Assembly (NCBI GenBank): GCA_951406725.2 | Contig: OX597833.1 | Coordinates: 59,768,001 to 59,832,000 of the forward strand | Reading direction: 5' to 3' | Length of the DNA stretch: 64,000 bases | From: Octopus vulgaris | Lineage: Eukaryota | In this document: piece by piece, positions 12,660-25,807 of the stretch | How positions within the stretch are numbered: the first letter of the stretch is position 1 | How the letters are laid out: each line of letters begins with the position of its first letter | Made by a program: the position numbers and the translations under genes | The notes under the pieces: generated by a model | What the model was told of the DNA's origin: nothing | Seen by the model: the letters and a program-made list of their open reading frames with translations, nothing else | Database searches by the model: none

Positions 12660-13146
12660 AGTATTGTATACAGTGCTCAGGTGACCACGACTTGTCAGAA
12701 AGTGCGTATAAAGCATATGCAGTAATGTACAAATGTGTGGGAAGCGAACAGTGTATGAGTCAGGTACATGCTTGCGTGTGTATGGAGGGGAGAAAATCAG
12801 GTGCAGTGTTGGCGAATCTCAGGAAGCATGGAAGTTTTGAAGGATGCAGTGCTCCGACAACTAACAACTGATGCCTGCAGTTTTGTTCCATGCTTCAGCA
12901 ACTCTTAGCATGAAAAAATGTTTTCGAAAGTCATGGGAGCTGTGCTGTTTTCTGACTTTGTAAATATGCCCATGGGTGTTAGACAGGTGGAGTTTGAAAA
13001 GGTGCTCAGAGTTTATCAATCAGGTGTAGTGTTGGCGAATCTCAGGAAGCATGGAAGTTTTGAAGGATGCAGTGCTCCGACAACTAACAACTGATGCCTG
13101 CAGTTTGTTCCATACTTCAGCAACTCTTAGCGGGAAAAAATGTTTC
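12660..13146 (-). mobile_element. CR1-clade LINE 3' fragment with ~130-bp internal duplication
   Basis: Minus strand reads approximately EHLFKLHLSNTHGHIYKVRKQHSSHDFRKHFFMLRVAEAWNKL..SVVSCRSTASFK. Segment 13018-13146 duplicates about 12797-12926. Confidence 0.8.
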
Positions 13147-13419
13147 GTTCATGTTTTTGTGTGTAGGAGTGCCACTTTGGAATCGATATATTTCTATATT
13201 TAAGTGTATTGTGACCTATAGAATACTCTGATTTCCCAATGTTACATGGATATATTATAGTCCCTTTCTCATCCTCTTGTGCCAGCAATTTTTATTATAT
13301 GAGAAATTATGATAAACACAAGTTTATCATATCATTTGTTCCCTACATCTGTTTCACCCTTGTGCTTGTTTGGTACAGCTGCATTGAATGTTCCAAGTGC
13401 CGTTGGATGCTTAATCACT

Positions 13420-13600
13420 GCAGATCATCAAGGGAACACTTTATTGCATTATATTACAGATTCTTAACCAATAGTTTTCTAAGTATATCAAGCCAACAGT
13501 GTTCTACTAAGTATGGTAGTGACTTATGTACTTATACAAGAAGCAGACTGGATGATGATAATGTGCTTAAAGCTCTAAACTCAACTATGGCAGTTGTACA
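13420..13600 (+). pseudogene. Possible decayed hAT transposase dimerisation-domain remnant
   Basis: The peptide FLSISS...KYGSDLCTYTRSRLDDDNVLKAL resembles the hAT LSIPxSS..ERxFS..TxxRSRL motif, but the ERxFS core is missing. Confidence 0.35.
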
Positions 13601-14317
13601 TCTAATTGTACACATGAGATAGACTATATATATATATATATATATATATCATCATCATCATTTAGTGTCTGCTTTCCATGCCGGCATGGGTTAGATGGGT
13701 TAGACTGAAACTGGTAAGCTGGAGAGCAGTACCAGGCTCCAGTCTGATTTTGGCATGATTTCTACAGCTGGATATCCTTCCTAATGCCAACCATTCCAAG
13801 AGTGAAGGGTGCCTTTTACATGCCACTGGCATGGGTGCCTGTTACATGACGCTCAATTTTCTAAAACTATTATATTTTTATAATGAAGTATTATTAAGAA
13901 TTGTATAAAATAATTATTAAAATATTTTCTGTATTGTAGAAATATAACCAATTTATTGGAGGTAAATTTTAACAATAAAATCTTAGATGGACCCCAAAGG
14001 GTCATATGAACCCCTGCTGGGAACCATTGTTTTAAATTAACAATCACCCAACCAATGGATATCATATAGTTCAGAAAATTTCAAGAAAAGGAAACTAGAG
14101 AGAGATGCATACTTGCATAGACACACACACACACATAATTACATTGTCATACATATAGTGACATGCTTGATGAATTGACATTTGGGACACATTCATACTG
14201 ACACGATGATCAATCACATTGAGAATGGGTGAAATAGTAAGATAAGAAAGTGATTAAAAATAGATGGATAAAGTAGTTAATGATAGATTAAAGATAGGCA
14301 AAGATATTAAAAGTGGA

Positions 14318-15070
14318 TGATTAAAGAAATTAAAGATGGACAGTTAAAGAAATTAAAGATGGACAGTTAAAGAAATTAAAGATGGACAGTTAAAGAAATC
14401 AAAGATGGATAGCTAAAGAAACCAGACAAAGAATGAGACTGAAGATGGACAATTGAAGTGACTGGACATGGACAGTTGAAGCGACTGGAGGTGGACAGTT
14501 GAAGCGACTGGAGGTGGACAATTGAAGCGACTGGAGGTGGACAATTGAAGCGACTGGAGGTGGACAATGGAAGCGACTGGAGGTGGACAATGGAAGCGAC
14601 TGGAGATGGACAATTGAAGCGACTGGAGATGGACAATCAAAGCGACTGGTGATGGACAATCGAAGCGACTGGTGATGGACAATCGAAGTGACTGAAAATG
14701 GACAATTGAAGCGACTGGAGATGGACAATTGAAGCAACTGGAGATGGACAATTGAAGCGACTGGAGATGGACAATTGAAGCGACTGGAGATGGACAATTG
14801 AAGCGACTGCAGATGGACAATCGAAGCGACTGGAGATGGACAATCGAAGCGACTGGTGATGGACAATCGAAGCGACTGGTGATGGACAATTGAAGCGACT
14901 GGTGATGGACAATCGAAGCGACTGAAAATGGACAATTGAAGTGACTGGAGATGGACAATCGAAACGACTGGAGATGGACAATCGAAACGACTGGAGATGG
15001 ACAATCGAAACGACTGGAGATGGACAATCGAAACGACTGGAGGTGGATAATCAAAGCGATTGAAGATGGA
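14318..15070. repeat. 23-bp minisatellite (gaagcgactggagatggacaatt), roughly 30 units
   Basis: Period 23 measured at 14478/14501 and at 14321/14344/14367. It explains the repetitive ORFs at 14376-15237. Confidence 0.95.
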
Positions 15071-15504
15071 TGGATAAAAAGAATGTTGCAGAGAGATAAT
15101 GGTAGAAATAGAAGGCTGGTGGAAAGTTTGTATGTATAGTCACTCGGCTTGCCAGTAGTGTGTGTGTGTGTATGTGTGTGTCTGTTTGCATACACACACA
15201 CACACACACATACACACACACACATACACACACACACGTATGCATATATCTATTAAATGTAATCTAGCAATGGCCATCCTGTATTTTTATCAGCGATTAC
15301 ATTATCTAATTTGTTCTTTAAGATCATAGGATGACATTTGGTTACTAATTCTAGGTGGTCAAGCAACCACATTATATGCCTATAAATGAACATTACATAA
15401 TCATCAGAACAAGTACTAAATAGGCATCGTATACAAAACCCATTGTCATTGCCAAATGTGCAATCTTTAGAGTAGCGCATGTGTGTGAGTGAGTGAGTGC
15501 ATGT

Positions 15505-15506
15505 AA

Positions 15507-15579
<73 letters not shown>

Positions 15580-15606
15580 TATATATATATGTACACACAC
15601 ACACAC

Positions 15607-15638
<32 letters not shown>

Positions 15639-15887
15639 ATATACATATATATATACATATACATATATATACACACACACACACATATATATATATACAC
15701 ACATATATATTATATATATATACACACACACATATATATATATATATATACACACACACATATATATATATATATTTATACACACACACACACACATATA
15801 TATGTATATATACATACACATATATGTATATATATATACACATATATGTATATATATATATATATATACACACACACATATATATAT

Positions 15888-15953
<66 letters not shown>

Positions 15954-15995
15954 GTATATATACACACACACACACACATACATATATATATATAT
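15505..15995. repeat. Compound (TA)n/(CA)n microsatellite
   Basis: Direct inspection. Similar tracts are at 16490-16966, 28210-28570, 32240-32520 and 50870-51382. Confidence 0.95.
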
Positions 15996-16216
15996 GAAGA
16001 GGAAATGTATAGACAGAAAGGCTACTTGTCCATGCTAAGGTCTTGGTTTTTAATTTCTACACTAGTCTGTATGAGAACATAATGGAAAATATTAGTAAAA
16101 TGTCTGTATCATTCACTGTCTCTCTCTCTCTTTCTCTCTCGCTTTATTATTCACTGTGTCTCATTTTCCCTTTCTCTCCTTGTATCCCTCTGTCTCTCTC
16201 TCTCTCCACCCCCTCA

Positions 16217-16247
<31 letters not shown>

Positions 16248-16484
16248 CTAAAAATTTTGGTTAATGGCAGAAGATCAAATCAAGCTGATCTGAATTAGTT
16301 CATTCACTAAATAGAATCAATAAAGAAGCTGAATGCTTCAAAAGAAGTAAAACAAAATGGATAAATAAAAATGAAAAAAAAAATCCCTATAACGAACCAA
16401 ACCAGAAACTAGACAGACAAGTGTAGCCATAATGGAGATTATTTTTAGAAAATCTCTCTCTCTCTCTCTCTCACATACACACGT

Positions 16485-16539
<55 letters not shown>

Positions 16540-16699
16540 CACACACACACATGCACACAGAAATATATATACATACACACATGTATATATGATATATATA
16601 TATATATATTTACATACATATATACACATATATATATTTACATACATATATACACACATATATATTTACATATATATACATACATACATATATACACAC

Positions 16700-16733
<34 letters not shown>

Positions 16734-16787
16734 GCATATATATATGTATGTATATATATACATATATATATATGCATATATATATCA

Positions 16788-16826
<39 letters not shown>

Positions 16827-16899
16827 GCATATATATATACATACATATATATATGCATATACATATATATATCTTTTGTTTATTTTCATAAAGCTTCCC

Positions 16900-16969
<70 letters not shown>

Positions 16970-17583
16970 CTTCCAATTAAAGAAAAAGATGTAGTTGTAG
17001 CTTGTTTATATGGTTTGATCTAATTAGTAAAAGTAATGAGTGTTCGAGACAGATTCATTGACAAATTCCGCCATCAGAGAATGCATTGTTTCTCCAAAAG
17101 GCGAAAGTCTGTTGAGAAATTAAAAATATTTGATATTGTCCCTTAGAAATGTTAAACACAACCCCAAAAAAGACATTATTTTAAGCAAATGAAAACAATT
17201 ACATTTTTTAAATTCAGTTTTTGTCTACTATGTTTGGGTTTTTTTTATTTGTTGTTGTTGTTCTCAGTGGTTTGGTTTTTGTCTATATTAATGGCTTTAT
17301 TGTTGCTGGAGTCAAGTACTTGTTTCATTTCATTTTTTTGTCTTTGAAACAATGAAAACATTCTAAACTTTATCACAACATTTGGTTTGTAAGCTTGGCT
17401 ATTGTTTCTTGCTGACAACTGTTCTGTCGATGTGTGACACTGTAAAATTTAGTTGGAACGGTTGGTGGTTCCTTCCATGGAATACACCTGCTTGAATTTG
17501 GAGATATTTAGGACTGATCTCAGAGACCATTATTTCTTCGTTGCCACTTACAGTTTAGACTCTCAAATTTCATTTTATCTTCT

Positions 17584-18332
17584 TTGATCCTTTAGCATTT
17601 AAGCCAGCCACATCAGGCCCAAATATTCTACCTGTTTTATGTCCAGGCCAGATTCAGCCTCTCACACTTACCTTGCACAATGTCATTCAAAGTATTGGTG
17701 CGGAGGCACATGGCCTAGTGGTTAGAGCAGCGGATTCGCGGTCGAGGGATCGTGGGTTCGAATCTCAGACTGGGCGATGTGTCTGTTTATGAGCAAAACA
17801 CCTAAGCTCCATGCGGCTCTGGCAGAATCGTTAGCACACCGGGCGAAATGCTTAGCGGTATTTCATCTGCATTACGTTGTGAGTTCAAACTCCGCCGAGG
17901 TCGACTTTGCCTTTCATCCTTTCGGGGTCGATAAGTTAATTACCAGTTACGCACTGGGGTCGATGTAATCAACTTAATACCTATGTCTGTCCTTGTTTGT
18001 CCCTTCTGTGTTTAGCCCCTTGTGGGTAATAAAGAAATAGGTAATGGCGAAATTCTGCTGATTCTTTCGCCACAACTTTCTCTCACTCTTTCCTCCTGCA
18101 TCTTGCAGCTCACCTGCGACGGACCAGCGTCCCGTCCAGGTGGGGAGCCTATACGCCAAGGAAACCGGGAAACTGGCCCTTATGAGCCAGGCATGGCTTG
18201 AGAAGGAACAAAGTATTGACAATCAAATCATTGAAATCTTGAACCTACAAGATTATGCATGATTAATTCAAACCAATGTGAATCAATAAGCTTTACAGTT
18301 GACACAGAGCAATCTGAATGCTAAAGAGTTAA
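17584..18332. mobile_element. piggyBac-type MITE carrying nested SINEs
   Basis: Degenerate termini ttgatcctttagcattt / gaatgctaaagagttaa (TTAA-CCCTT type). The flanks are homologous to the uninterrupted copy at 58413-58627. Confidence 0.6.
17698..18208 (+). mobile_element. tRNA-derived SINE (family D) with TSD, containing a SINE-B insert at ~17818-18043
   Basis: A box TGGCCTAGTGG and B box GGTTCGAATC. TSD caaagtattg is at 17688-17697 and 18209-18218. Confidence 0.8.
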
Positions 18333-18510
18333 CTATTGTGATGGGACATTGTGGCATTCAGTAATGTCCTTATTGGCATAAATGTTAAACGATTTTTAAT
18401 TCACTGGAGGCAGACTTTAACTCTCTGGTCATTACAATGTGGTTTGTTACATAAAACATATTTTAATAGCCCAGGAATTAATGTTTTGTGTTTATATATA
18501 TATATATATA

Positions 18511-18716
18511 TGATTCAAAATGTGACCATGTGTGTACCGTTGGCGATTTTTTTTTTCCCTCTGTCTTCCCTTCTCTGGATCTTTCCTTGTCCTATGTTTC
18601 CGACGAAGAGCTCTGCTCGAAACGTTAAACCCCACTTCTTTCCTTAGCGTCCAATGATACTATATTTGTTCCATGTCCTCGCGTTGTTGTGTTTTTTTGT
18701 GCTTTCTTGTTTGGAT

Positions 18717-18720
<4 letters not shown>
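18511..18720 (+). mobile_element. Short hammerhead-bearing Penelope-like repeat between (TA)n tracts
   Basis: Pyrimidine-rich 5' part, hammerhead motif at 18596-18630, T-rich tail, (TA)n on both sides. Confidence 0.55.
18596..18630 (+). ncRNA. Minimal type-I hammerhead motif (U4C core variant)
   Basis: GTTT-CCGACGA-A-GAGC-tct-GCTC-GAAACGT-T-AAAC: stem I GTTT/AAAC, palindromic stem III ACGT, GUU triplet. Confidence 0.65.
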
Positions 18721-18754
<34 letters not shown>

Positions 18755-18804
18755 TAGACATACCTGATTCAGCTTTAGTTATCAAAGCTACCATTGACAT
18801 GTAT

Positions 18805-19240
18805 GTATGTATCTATCTAGGTTGTCCCACAGGATGCCCCAAGACTGTTTCCACACGTTTTCCCCATTCATCTCGATCTTCCATAATGCTCCTCAGCTCC
18901 TGTACCCCTTCCATACCAGTATCCTCCAGCAAGTTGTCGATATAGGTCGTCTTCCTCCTTCCTCTCCTGGTTCTTCCTTCCGTTGGTTTCCATAGCGCTA
19001 GCTTGTTAGTAATTTCATTGGTATGTCTGATGCAGTGTCCAGCTAGTCTCATCCTTCGATGCTGTATCTTCTGTATTACTTTTGGTAGTCCCTGCTATAA
19101 GTCAGCGTTTATTGTATGACTCTTCCAGGAGACACTGAGTGCCATTCTAAGCATCCTCATATAACAACCGTCCAACTGCTTCCTCAATGCTTTAGTGAGC
19201 ATCCATGTTTCAGCCCCGTATAGAAGAACACACTCTACAT
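18805..19240 (-). mobile_element. RTE-clade LINE 3' fragment
   Basis: Minus strand reads VLLYGAETWMLTKALRKQLDGCYMRMLRMALSVSWK...RRMRLAGHCIRH...EGRTRRGRRKTTYIDNLLEDTG...DRDEW, a typical RTE RT C-terminus. It has an internal stop. Confidence 0.85.
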
Positions 19241-19354
19241 TTATCTAAACAGTTTTATCCAATCAATTTTTCTTTATTACCTGCCAACACCTTTGGTTCT
19301 TATTCTATTTGGATGGACTCTCTTACCTATTTGATGTTTGAAAAATCATCTTTT

Positions 19355-19570
19355 ATTTACTCTTTTACTTGTTTGTCATTTGACTGTGGCCATGCTGGAG
19401 CACTGCCTTTAGTCGTGCAAATCAACCCCAGGACTTATTCTTTGTGAGCCTAGTACTTATTCTATCTGTCTCTTTTGCTGAACCACTAAGTTACGGGGGA
19501 CGTAAACACACCATCATTAGTTGTCAAGCGACGTTGGGGGGGACAAACACAGACACAAACATATACACAC

Positions 19571-19619
<49 letters not shown>

Positions 19620-19795
19620 CATATACATATATGACTGGCTTCTTTCAGTTTCCGTCTTCTAAATCCACTCACAAGGCTTTGGTCGGCCCGAGGCTATAGT
19701 AGAAGACACCTGCCCAAGGTGCCACACAGTGAGACTGAACCAGGAACCATGTGGTTGGTAAACAAGCTACTTACCACACAGCCACTCCTACACCT
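19355..19795 (-). mobile_element. SINE family A
   Basis: Reverse complement of the family A consensus. Confidence 0.85.
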
Positions 19796-20489
19796 ATATT
19801 TTTATAATTAGATATATTAGGAATTGTGTAAAAAAGATTAAAGGTATTCTAGAAGTATGACCTAGGTATTGCACATAAATTTTAACAACAAAATCTTAGA
19901 TGGACCCCGGTTGAGAACTACCGATCTAAACAGTTTTATCCACCATGGCTGCTACAAATGGAACCAGGAAAACAAAACCCTGGGTTACAATACCATTCTG
20001 ATTTATATTCCACTACTTGGTGTGTTAGTGTTGTTAATACTATGTGCTTATGAGTAATTATTGTCAAGATGACTCTACCAAAACACCAACCATCTGACCA
20101 CACCACTACAACAAAATTTTGTTGGAGGTGTTCTAATTTTATATTTGGTGGGTTGGTATGACTTGGGGTATGATGGCTTAGCTTATATGCAGTGGAATGG
20201 GGGCCTCCAGTGATTGTTAAGCGATGTTTCTCCGGAACTGTGGATCTGTTCAATACATGTCATATATTTGTTTAATTGTAGCTTGTATAGTACATTAGGT
20301 ACACTCAGTAAAGTGGTTGGCATTATGAAGGGCATCCAATTGTAGAGACCAAGCCAAAAGAGACTTTGGAACTTGGTGTAGCTCCTGGTCTTATCAGCCC
20401 CTGTCAAACTGTCCCGCCCGTGCCAGTATAGAACATTTGACTTATATTGATGATGATGCTGATGGTCTGGGGTTACACCACAATGTCTA

Positions 20490-20890
20490 TTACCTATTTC
20501 TTTATTACCCACAAGGGGCTAAACATAGAAGGGACAAACAAGGACAGACATAGGTATTAAGTCGATTATATCGATCCCAGTGCGTTACTGGTACTTAATT
20601 TATTGACCCCGAAAGGATGAAAGGCAAAGTCGACCTCGGCGGAATTTGAACTCAGAACGTAACGACAGACGAAATACCTATTTCTATTTCTTTATTACCC
20701 ACAAGGGGCTAAACACAGAGGGGACAAACAAGGACAGACATAGGTATTAAGTCGATTACATCGACCCCAGTGCGTAACTGGTACTTAATTTATCGACCCC
20801 TGAAAGGATGAAAGGCAAAGTCGACCTTGGCGGAATTTGAACTCACAACGTAACGACAGACGAAATACGGCTGCGCAATTCGCCCGGCGA
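20490..20890 (-). mobile_element. SINE family B tandem dimer
   Basis: Two head-to-tail ~190-bp units. Confidence 0.85.
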
Positions 20891-22444
20891 CCATCCATGT
20901 CATTCATTAGCACCAACACCACAAATAAATAAATGCGTGTGTGTGTTTCTAAAATTCACAGACTACTACTGTGAGAGAGAACTCTCCAGAGTTTTTAGAC
21001 TTTTTTTTTGTCAGAGTAGGAAGAGAAAATCATTTGCCTTGTTCTTAGTCCATAGTGTCTGGACATAACAGGTGAGGGGAATGGCAGAGAGGTTGCTGTA
21101 TAGGAATGTAAGGAAAGCGGTTAGAGGAGAGAGAGAGAGAGGTTAAAGGAGTGGGAAGTTTAAAACAGGAAGGGAAGATAGTTTTCAAGAGAAAGTTGGG
21201 TGGTGTTGACCAGTTTCATGACTGCAACAGGAAGAATGTTAATAGCAATATTCACATTCATGGCAGTAAACACACAAACACATATAGGGGTAATAGAACT
21301 GCAGATACACACACACATATATACATCGGGTGACACATACACATGGACAATGCAAGCAGTGGTATCCACTTGCCTGTTCTTATTTGCACTCACTCAAAAT
21401 TATTAAGACAATTAGATGAAATAAAATTAAAGCAAAATAATTATGGAAGTATTCTTGATAGTGTCCATAGATAAATACAGGCTTGTGGAGTGGAGTTAGG
21501 AAGAAATGTTTGTTGCACCATCTGAACAACCCTGGCCGATACCAGTGCTGCCATGACTGGCTCCCATGCTGGTGGCATGTAAAAAGCACCATCTGAATCA
21601 TGGTCGATGCTGGTCCCCTCTGTCCCCTGTACCAGTGGCATGTAAAGAAAGCACCCACTACCCTCTCGGAGTGGTTGGCATTATAGGAACGGCATCCAGT
21701 TGTAGAAACACTGCCAGATCAAACTGTCCCCTGTACCGGTGGCATGTAAAGAAAGCACCCACTACCCTCTCGGAGTGGTTGGCATTATAGGAACGGCATC
21801 CAGTTGTAGAAACACTGCCAGATCAAACTGGAGCCTGGGGCAACCTCCTGGTTTCCCAGACCCCAGTCGAACTGTCCAACCCATGCCAGCATGGAAAACG
21901 GACGATGATGATCAGAGACATTTCCAACAATATTGGAGAAATTGGAAGTTGCAGAGGTGTGTGTGTGTAAAATGGGAGGCTGGATGGGTTGATGCCGAGT
22001 CGGATTCAATTTGTAGGTGTTCATGTAGAGAGGAAGAGAATGGTGGCTTGGTTGATGGCATGGAGTTGGTAGTTCTGCAACTGATCCGGAGTACCTTTGT
22101 TCCATTTCTTTGAATTTAGTCGAAATTCAAACTGACGCTACACAACTGAAATTGGAGGAAAAAAGAAAATAAGATGATGGATGAGGATAAGGGGAGGTTG
22201 TTGTTGTTGTTAGTGACAGATATACCTAAGAAAGGTGAAAGAGGTACCAGGTGCGATATATCACTATGTATATGTGTGTGTGTGTGTGTGTATGTGTGTG
22301 TGAATATGTATGTATGTATTGCTATAGAAACCATGCCAAATCAGACTGGAACCTGATGCAGCTCTCCTGTTTACTAGTTGCAGTCAAACCATCTAACCCA
22401 TGCCAGCATGGAAAGTGGACATTAAATGATGTGTGTGTGTGACC

Positions 22445-22686
22445 CTGTTATCTCCCCTACTGTCCCTCTAGCATCTGACCACTGCCCGACGCCATGATAG
22501 ATCGTTAGCCCCTACATGCAATTTTTTTCTCTCTTTGTTTCTTTTCTGTGTATCTTTCTGTCGAAGAGCATAGGCTCGAAACGTAAAAGACTTGTTCTAT
22601 TTATATTCCTGAGTGCCATACTAATACATTTGTTTGTTTGTACTCCACCTGCCTTCGTCTTTTGTTTATTTTCGTAAACCTTCCCG

Positions 22687-22689
<3 letters not shown>
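22445..22689 (+). mobile_element. Short hammerhead-bearing Penelope-like repeat ending at a (TA)n tract
   Basis: Same architecture as 18511-18720 (T-rich run, GAGC/GCTC stem II, GAAACGT). The 5' boundary is approximate. Confidence 0.5.
22553..22590 (+). ncRNA. Minimal type-I hammerhead motif (A6U core variant)
   Basis: TCTTT-CTGTCGA-A-GAGC-atag-GCTC-GAAACGT-A-AAAGA: stem I TCTTT/AAAGA, stem III ACGT, GUA triplet. Confidence 0.6.
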
Positions 22690-22756
<67 letters not shown>

Positions 22757-24545
22757 GTTTACTTTTAAATTAAGGTAAGATCAGCAAATAAAAGTACTCC
22801 ATTTAGTGAGAGATATTGTTTAATGAACTAATAGTTTCATACATTGAAGATATTATCTAGGTAGGTTTTAAAACAATATATATATTAAATAATGAGGGTA
22901 GAAATTGATATTAATCAATTAAAACCAGTGGCTTAGCATATTTTAAAAATCCAAAGATTAAAAATTATATTACATACAAAATTAAGAGGAATGACCACCA
23001 AAGTGGACTCCTAATATGCTAAATATAGATGTCAAATCGCCATTACCACAATTGTGGGGCTGATGCAAAGCTCTCTCTTTCTCCCCTCAACTGAGGACTT
23101 TGTCCTTAACATTTGAAACTCCTCTATCAGTGTCATACAAACTTTCCCAATAAATTCACACTTTCCTGAAGCAACCTGCTATTGGACTGCCATGGATCCT
23201 AGTATTTGGCACAAAATATTGGAGTTCACATCTCGGCTGTGATGAAATGATTTATACTCTCTCTCTCTCTCTCTTTATCATTGACATTTCACTGATATTT
23301 ACAAGAAAATTTGATTCTTTCTCTAATGGCAGTGGCGGTAATGTGGTATTGGTGTGATGGTAGCGTAAAAGGTGCAAGTATGGTGGTGGTGGTGGTATGA
23401 TGTGTGATGGTAGTTGTGTCTTGGTATTGATGCAAGTGTTGTTAACTCTTGTTATTCACCTCATTTTTGTGCTTTAATACAGTCACATTACTAAACTGTT
23501 ACCATGGTAACAAATACAGCACTACTACTGATACAGTCACATCAGTTTAGTGATGTGACTGTATCCCATCAATAAATAGTAACATGGTATCACTTAATAC
23601 AACACAACTATCGATACAGTAAATTCTTTTTTTTGTTTTACCAGACAACAGGCAACTTCTATGTGGCCACTGAACTTGGTAGAAATAACAGCCAAATTTC
23701 CTGAAACCACATTCTTTAGTCTTGGAATAGAAAAGGACACATTGGATAATATTGTACTCAATACTTCCTTTCCTCGTAGGTCTGCTGACCTGTGGCTGAA
23801 CAACCATAACTGATCCTATAGCTATTCACTCTCTCTCCCTTCTCATTAACTTCCACTCATCTTGGACCTGTGTGTCTCTCTCTCTTCCTCCACCTTTCTG
23901 CACCAGTAATTGACTTGCAACTATTCCACCTGACCATCAAACTGTTACTCCACCCACTCTCACAGAGAGAAACCCCCCCAAAAGTTCTAGGCTTCAATCC
24001 TACATACAATGCACACACACACACAACCTACAATCCACCATGTAGTTGGGTATCTAATGGTAATGATGATGGCAATAGTAGATGCCTTCCCTTTGCATAA
24101 GGGCCAGACTTTGCAAGGTAACCCTTTTTCCCTCACCCTTGATCAAACCTCATTGACCATCCTTCCTTAGTCTCACTTTGCTGATTAGATCCTTTGACTC
24201 AGGACCTCCTGAGGTATAAAGTTGACCCATCCCACATTGAGTTAGGATCCACCCCTTTACGCTATCCAGTGTAGACCTTCTCTGGTCCCCCAAACACCAT
24301 CTTACCTCTTGCTCCTTCCACCCCACACTGAAACAATTACTGAAATATTGTCATTACACTCTATACAATCACTTCACCCCCTGCTAGTGTCACCTCCCCA
24401 TTTATTATATTCACCTTTTCTCTTGAAACTGTCACCTCACCCCCTGTGACAGTAACCTCCTGTAACAGTCATCTTCTGTTACACTAAACCACCCCCTGTT
24501 CAGTTACCTGTTTACCTCATTACAGTCCCATCCCCATTATAATTA

Positions 24546-24712
24546 CAGTCACCTCCTGTTACAGTCACCTCCTGTTACGGTCACCTCCTGCTACGGTCAC
24601 CTCCTGTTACGGTCACCTCCTGTTACGGTCACCTCCTGTTACGGTCACCTCCTGTTACGGTCACCTCCTGTTACGGTCACCTCCTGTTACAGTCACCTCC
24701 TGTTTCAGTCAC
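24546..24712. repeat. 16-bp minisatellite (gtcacctcctgttacg), ~10 units
   Basis: Direct inspection. Confidence 0.95.
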
Positions 24713-25229
24713 CTTACTTATTCTTCCTTATTATCAAATTTAAAAAAAAGCTAAGGCGGTGAGCTGGGGGAGTCGTTAGCATGCTCGATAAAATGCTTAG
24801 CAGTATTTTGCCCGTCGCTATGTTCTGGGTTCAAATTCTGCCGAGGTTGACTTTGCCTTTCATCCTTTTGGGGTTGATAAATTAAGTACAGTGAAACACT
24901 GGGGTCGATGTAATCAACTAGTCCCCTCCCCACAAATCCGAGGCCTTGTGCCTCCAGTAGAAAGGATTATTAAAAAGCAATTTTGTTCCAATATGACATT
25001 TTCTCAACAACATTTATTATCCAAATGTCTTCTTTCATTTCAAAATCAGTAATTAATGCTGCCATTAGCGTTTCTTGTCTCTGCCAATTGTTCCAACATT
25101 CCAACCGGAATAGATTAACACACACTGCAGTTTTTATTTGTTTGTCTCTATAGTAATGATAATTACAATAATTTTTGTCGTTGCTTTTACATGCTAATTT
25201 AATTAGCACAGATATTTCTCTTCAGGTTT

Positions 25230-25795
25230 GGCGACAACAAGTTCCTTCAAATTTCAATCTTTTGTAAGATTCTTGCAGAATGCAGGATGACACTTCTCTG
25301 TAAGTTGACAATGCATGTCGCAATTCCAAAATCCTTCAGCCTTTTAGGGAGCAGTCTGGGTGTTGAGCTAAGTGCACCAGTTATCCCAGGAACATTTGTC
25401 ATCTTAATCTTACACAATCTTTTCATCTCTCTGGCTTAAGACTTGGTTCTTCCCAGTTTCATGGTATCCACTCTATCATCATATAGTTTTTCAAAGTCTA
25501 TAGTCCCATATTGTTTTTTTTTCTTCATCCTCTATGACCGTACTTGGTCTCCTTGCTTTATTAATATGGTCAGTCTCTATGGAGAAATCCCATAAAACCC
25601 TGTAATTATTATTCTCAATCACAGCTTCTGACTTGCGGTCATACCACTTTATTGTCATTCTGAATCCTTACACTTAGCTAACATCCCAATGCACTCTTTT
25701 ACTGACTCAGCCATGCTTGCATTTATATTCTTTTCGTGCTAGCTTACAGCACTCAGATACTTAATACATTTGTCTCTTTTACCACACCTTCTATA
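25230..25795 (-). mobile_element. R4/Dong-clade non-LTR retrotransposon, restriction-like endonuclease region (degenerate)
   Basis: Minus strand reads approximately ECCKLARKEYKCKH..KRVHWDV..KWYDRKSEAVIENNNYRVLWDFSIETDHINKARRP..IDF..GAL..LQRSVILHSARILQK. It abuts a (TAA)n tract. Confidence 0.75.
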
Positions 25796-25807
25796 TTATT
25801 ATTATTA

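Noticed and set aside
15253-16968. Long ORFs rich in Y/I/H/T/C/V (also 28096-28783, 50765-51474, 60570-61266)
   Set aside because: They are translations of (TA)n/(CA)n microsatellites.
17703-17775. tRNA-like sequence with A and B boxes
   Set aside because: It is the head of a SINE bounded by a TSD and lacks a proper acceptor stem, so it is not a tRNA gene. The same applies to the family A and B heads.
22820-22870. Possible minus-strand hammerhead relic in a TA-flanked repeat
   Set aside because: The core CUGANGA cannot be read and the stems are unconvincing.
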